A stretch of 64,000 bases of DNA from Amoebophrya sp. A120 (taxonomy: Eukaryota > Protista > Dinoflagellata): contig CAJINV010000015.1 in assembly GCA_905178155.1 (NCBI GenBank), positions 1,045,969-1,109,968 of the forward strand, written 5' to 3'. The translations under genes were made by a program, and so were the position numbers. The first letter of the stretch is position 1; each line of letters starts with the position of its first letter. A model generated the notes under the pieces. It saw only the letters and a list, made by a program, of their open reading frames with translations, made no database searches and was not told the DNA's origin. Positions 63,329-64,000 of the stretch are shown here, piece after piece.

Positions 63329-63767
63329 GAATAGTTCAATTTCGTGAATAGTTCAAATTGAATAGCTCAACTTCGTGAATAGTTCAAATTGAATAGTTCA
63401 ATTTCGCGAATAGTTCAAATTGAATAGTTCAATTTCATGAATAATTCAAATTTAATAACTCAATTTCAACTCAATCTCAAATCTCAATCTGAGTCACAAT
63501 CTGAATCTTAAATCTTCCTACCTCGATCTCAAATCTTAAGAAATCTTAAATCGATCTAAGATGATCTATCAAATCTTATTCCAATCTCAAATCTTTTTTC
63601 AATCTCATATCTTAAAAAATCTTAACTATCAAATCTTATCTCAATCTCAAATTTTAAAAAAATCTTAAATCTTAAACTCATCGCAGGCCATCTATGAAAT
63701 CTTATTTCAGTCTCATAATCTCAAATCTTAAGTATCGGATCTCAATCTCAAATCTTAAAATACGGGT

Positions 63768-63794
<27 letters not shown>
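63329..63794. repeat. GAATAGTTCAA minisatellite, degenerate AATCTC/AAATCTT array and 27-nt poly-G
   Basis: Alternating 17/14-nt units 63329 to about 63465; AATCTY repeats to about 63760; G run 63768-63794. Confidence 0.8.
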
Positions 63795-63798
<4 letters not shown>

Positions 63799-64000
63799 CC
63801 CGCACTAAGAAAATCATAACGCGACAACCTGTTTGAAGACTGAATACTCCTGCCAAGAATTTTTTTTTTTTGATCTTTGTTGTTTTTCAATGAAGATGTT
63901 ACGAATGATCCTCTTGATGCAAGAAGTCCAAACCTGTATTTGTATACCGCCCAGGGAGGCGGAGACTTCACACAACAACAAAAGTAGATAAACCGCAGAC

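Overview
Eukaryotic nuclear DNA, most consistent with a Syndiniales dinoflagellate (Amoebophrya-like). This is inferred from a perfect 22-nt dinoflagellate spliced-leader sequence, all genes lying on one strand, and invasive inverted-repeat introns. About nine minus-strand genes can be reconstructed: a glycosyltransferase-like gene (runs off the left edge), TCP1/CCT-alpha, a P5-type ATPase with a PAN/apple-like insert, a cNMP-binding-domain protein, a small hypothetical, a Zn-finger-like protein, AGXT, a Cys-rich protein and the 3' half of PGK. They carry about 53 introner elements of at least 8 TIR families. Nearly all have TAT...ATA ends and 5-bp target duplications, and removing the element plus one duplication restores the reading frame without needing GT-AG. 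Five oversize introners carry nested cargo: a Helitron-like element at the identical A|T site of two diverged introners, an insert whose 5' end is exactly the spliced leader, a Mutator-like MITE, and a 1.8-kb insert between 32-bp direct repeats. All coordinates were counted by hand and may be off by a few nt; gene models are unverified without RNA-seq.
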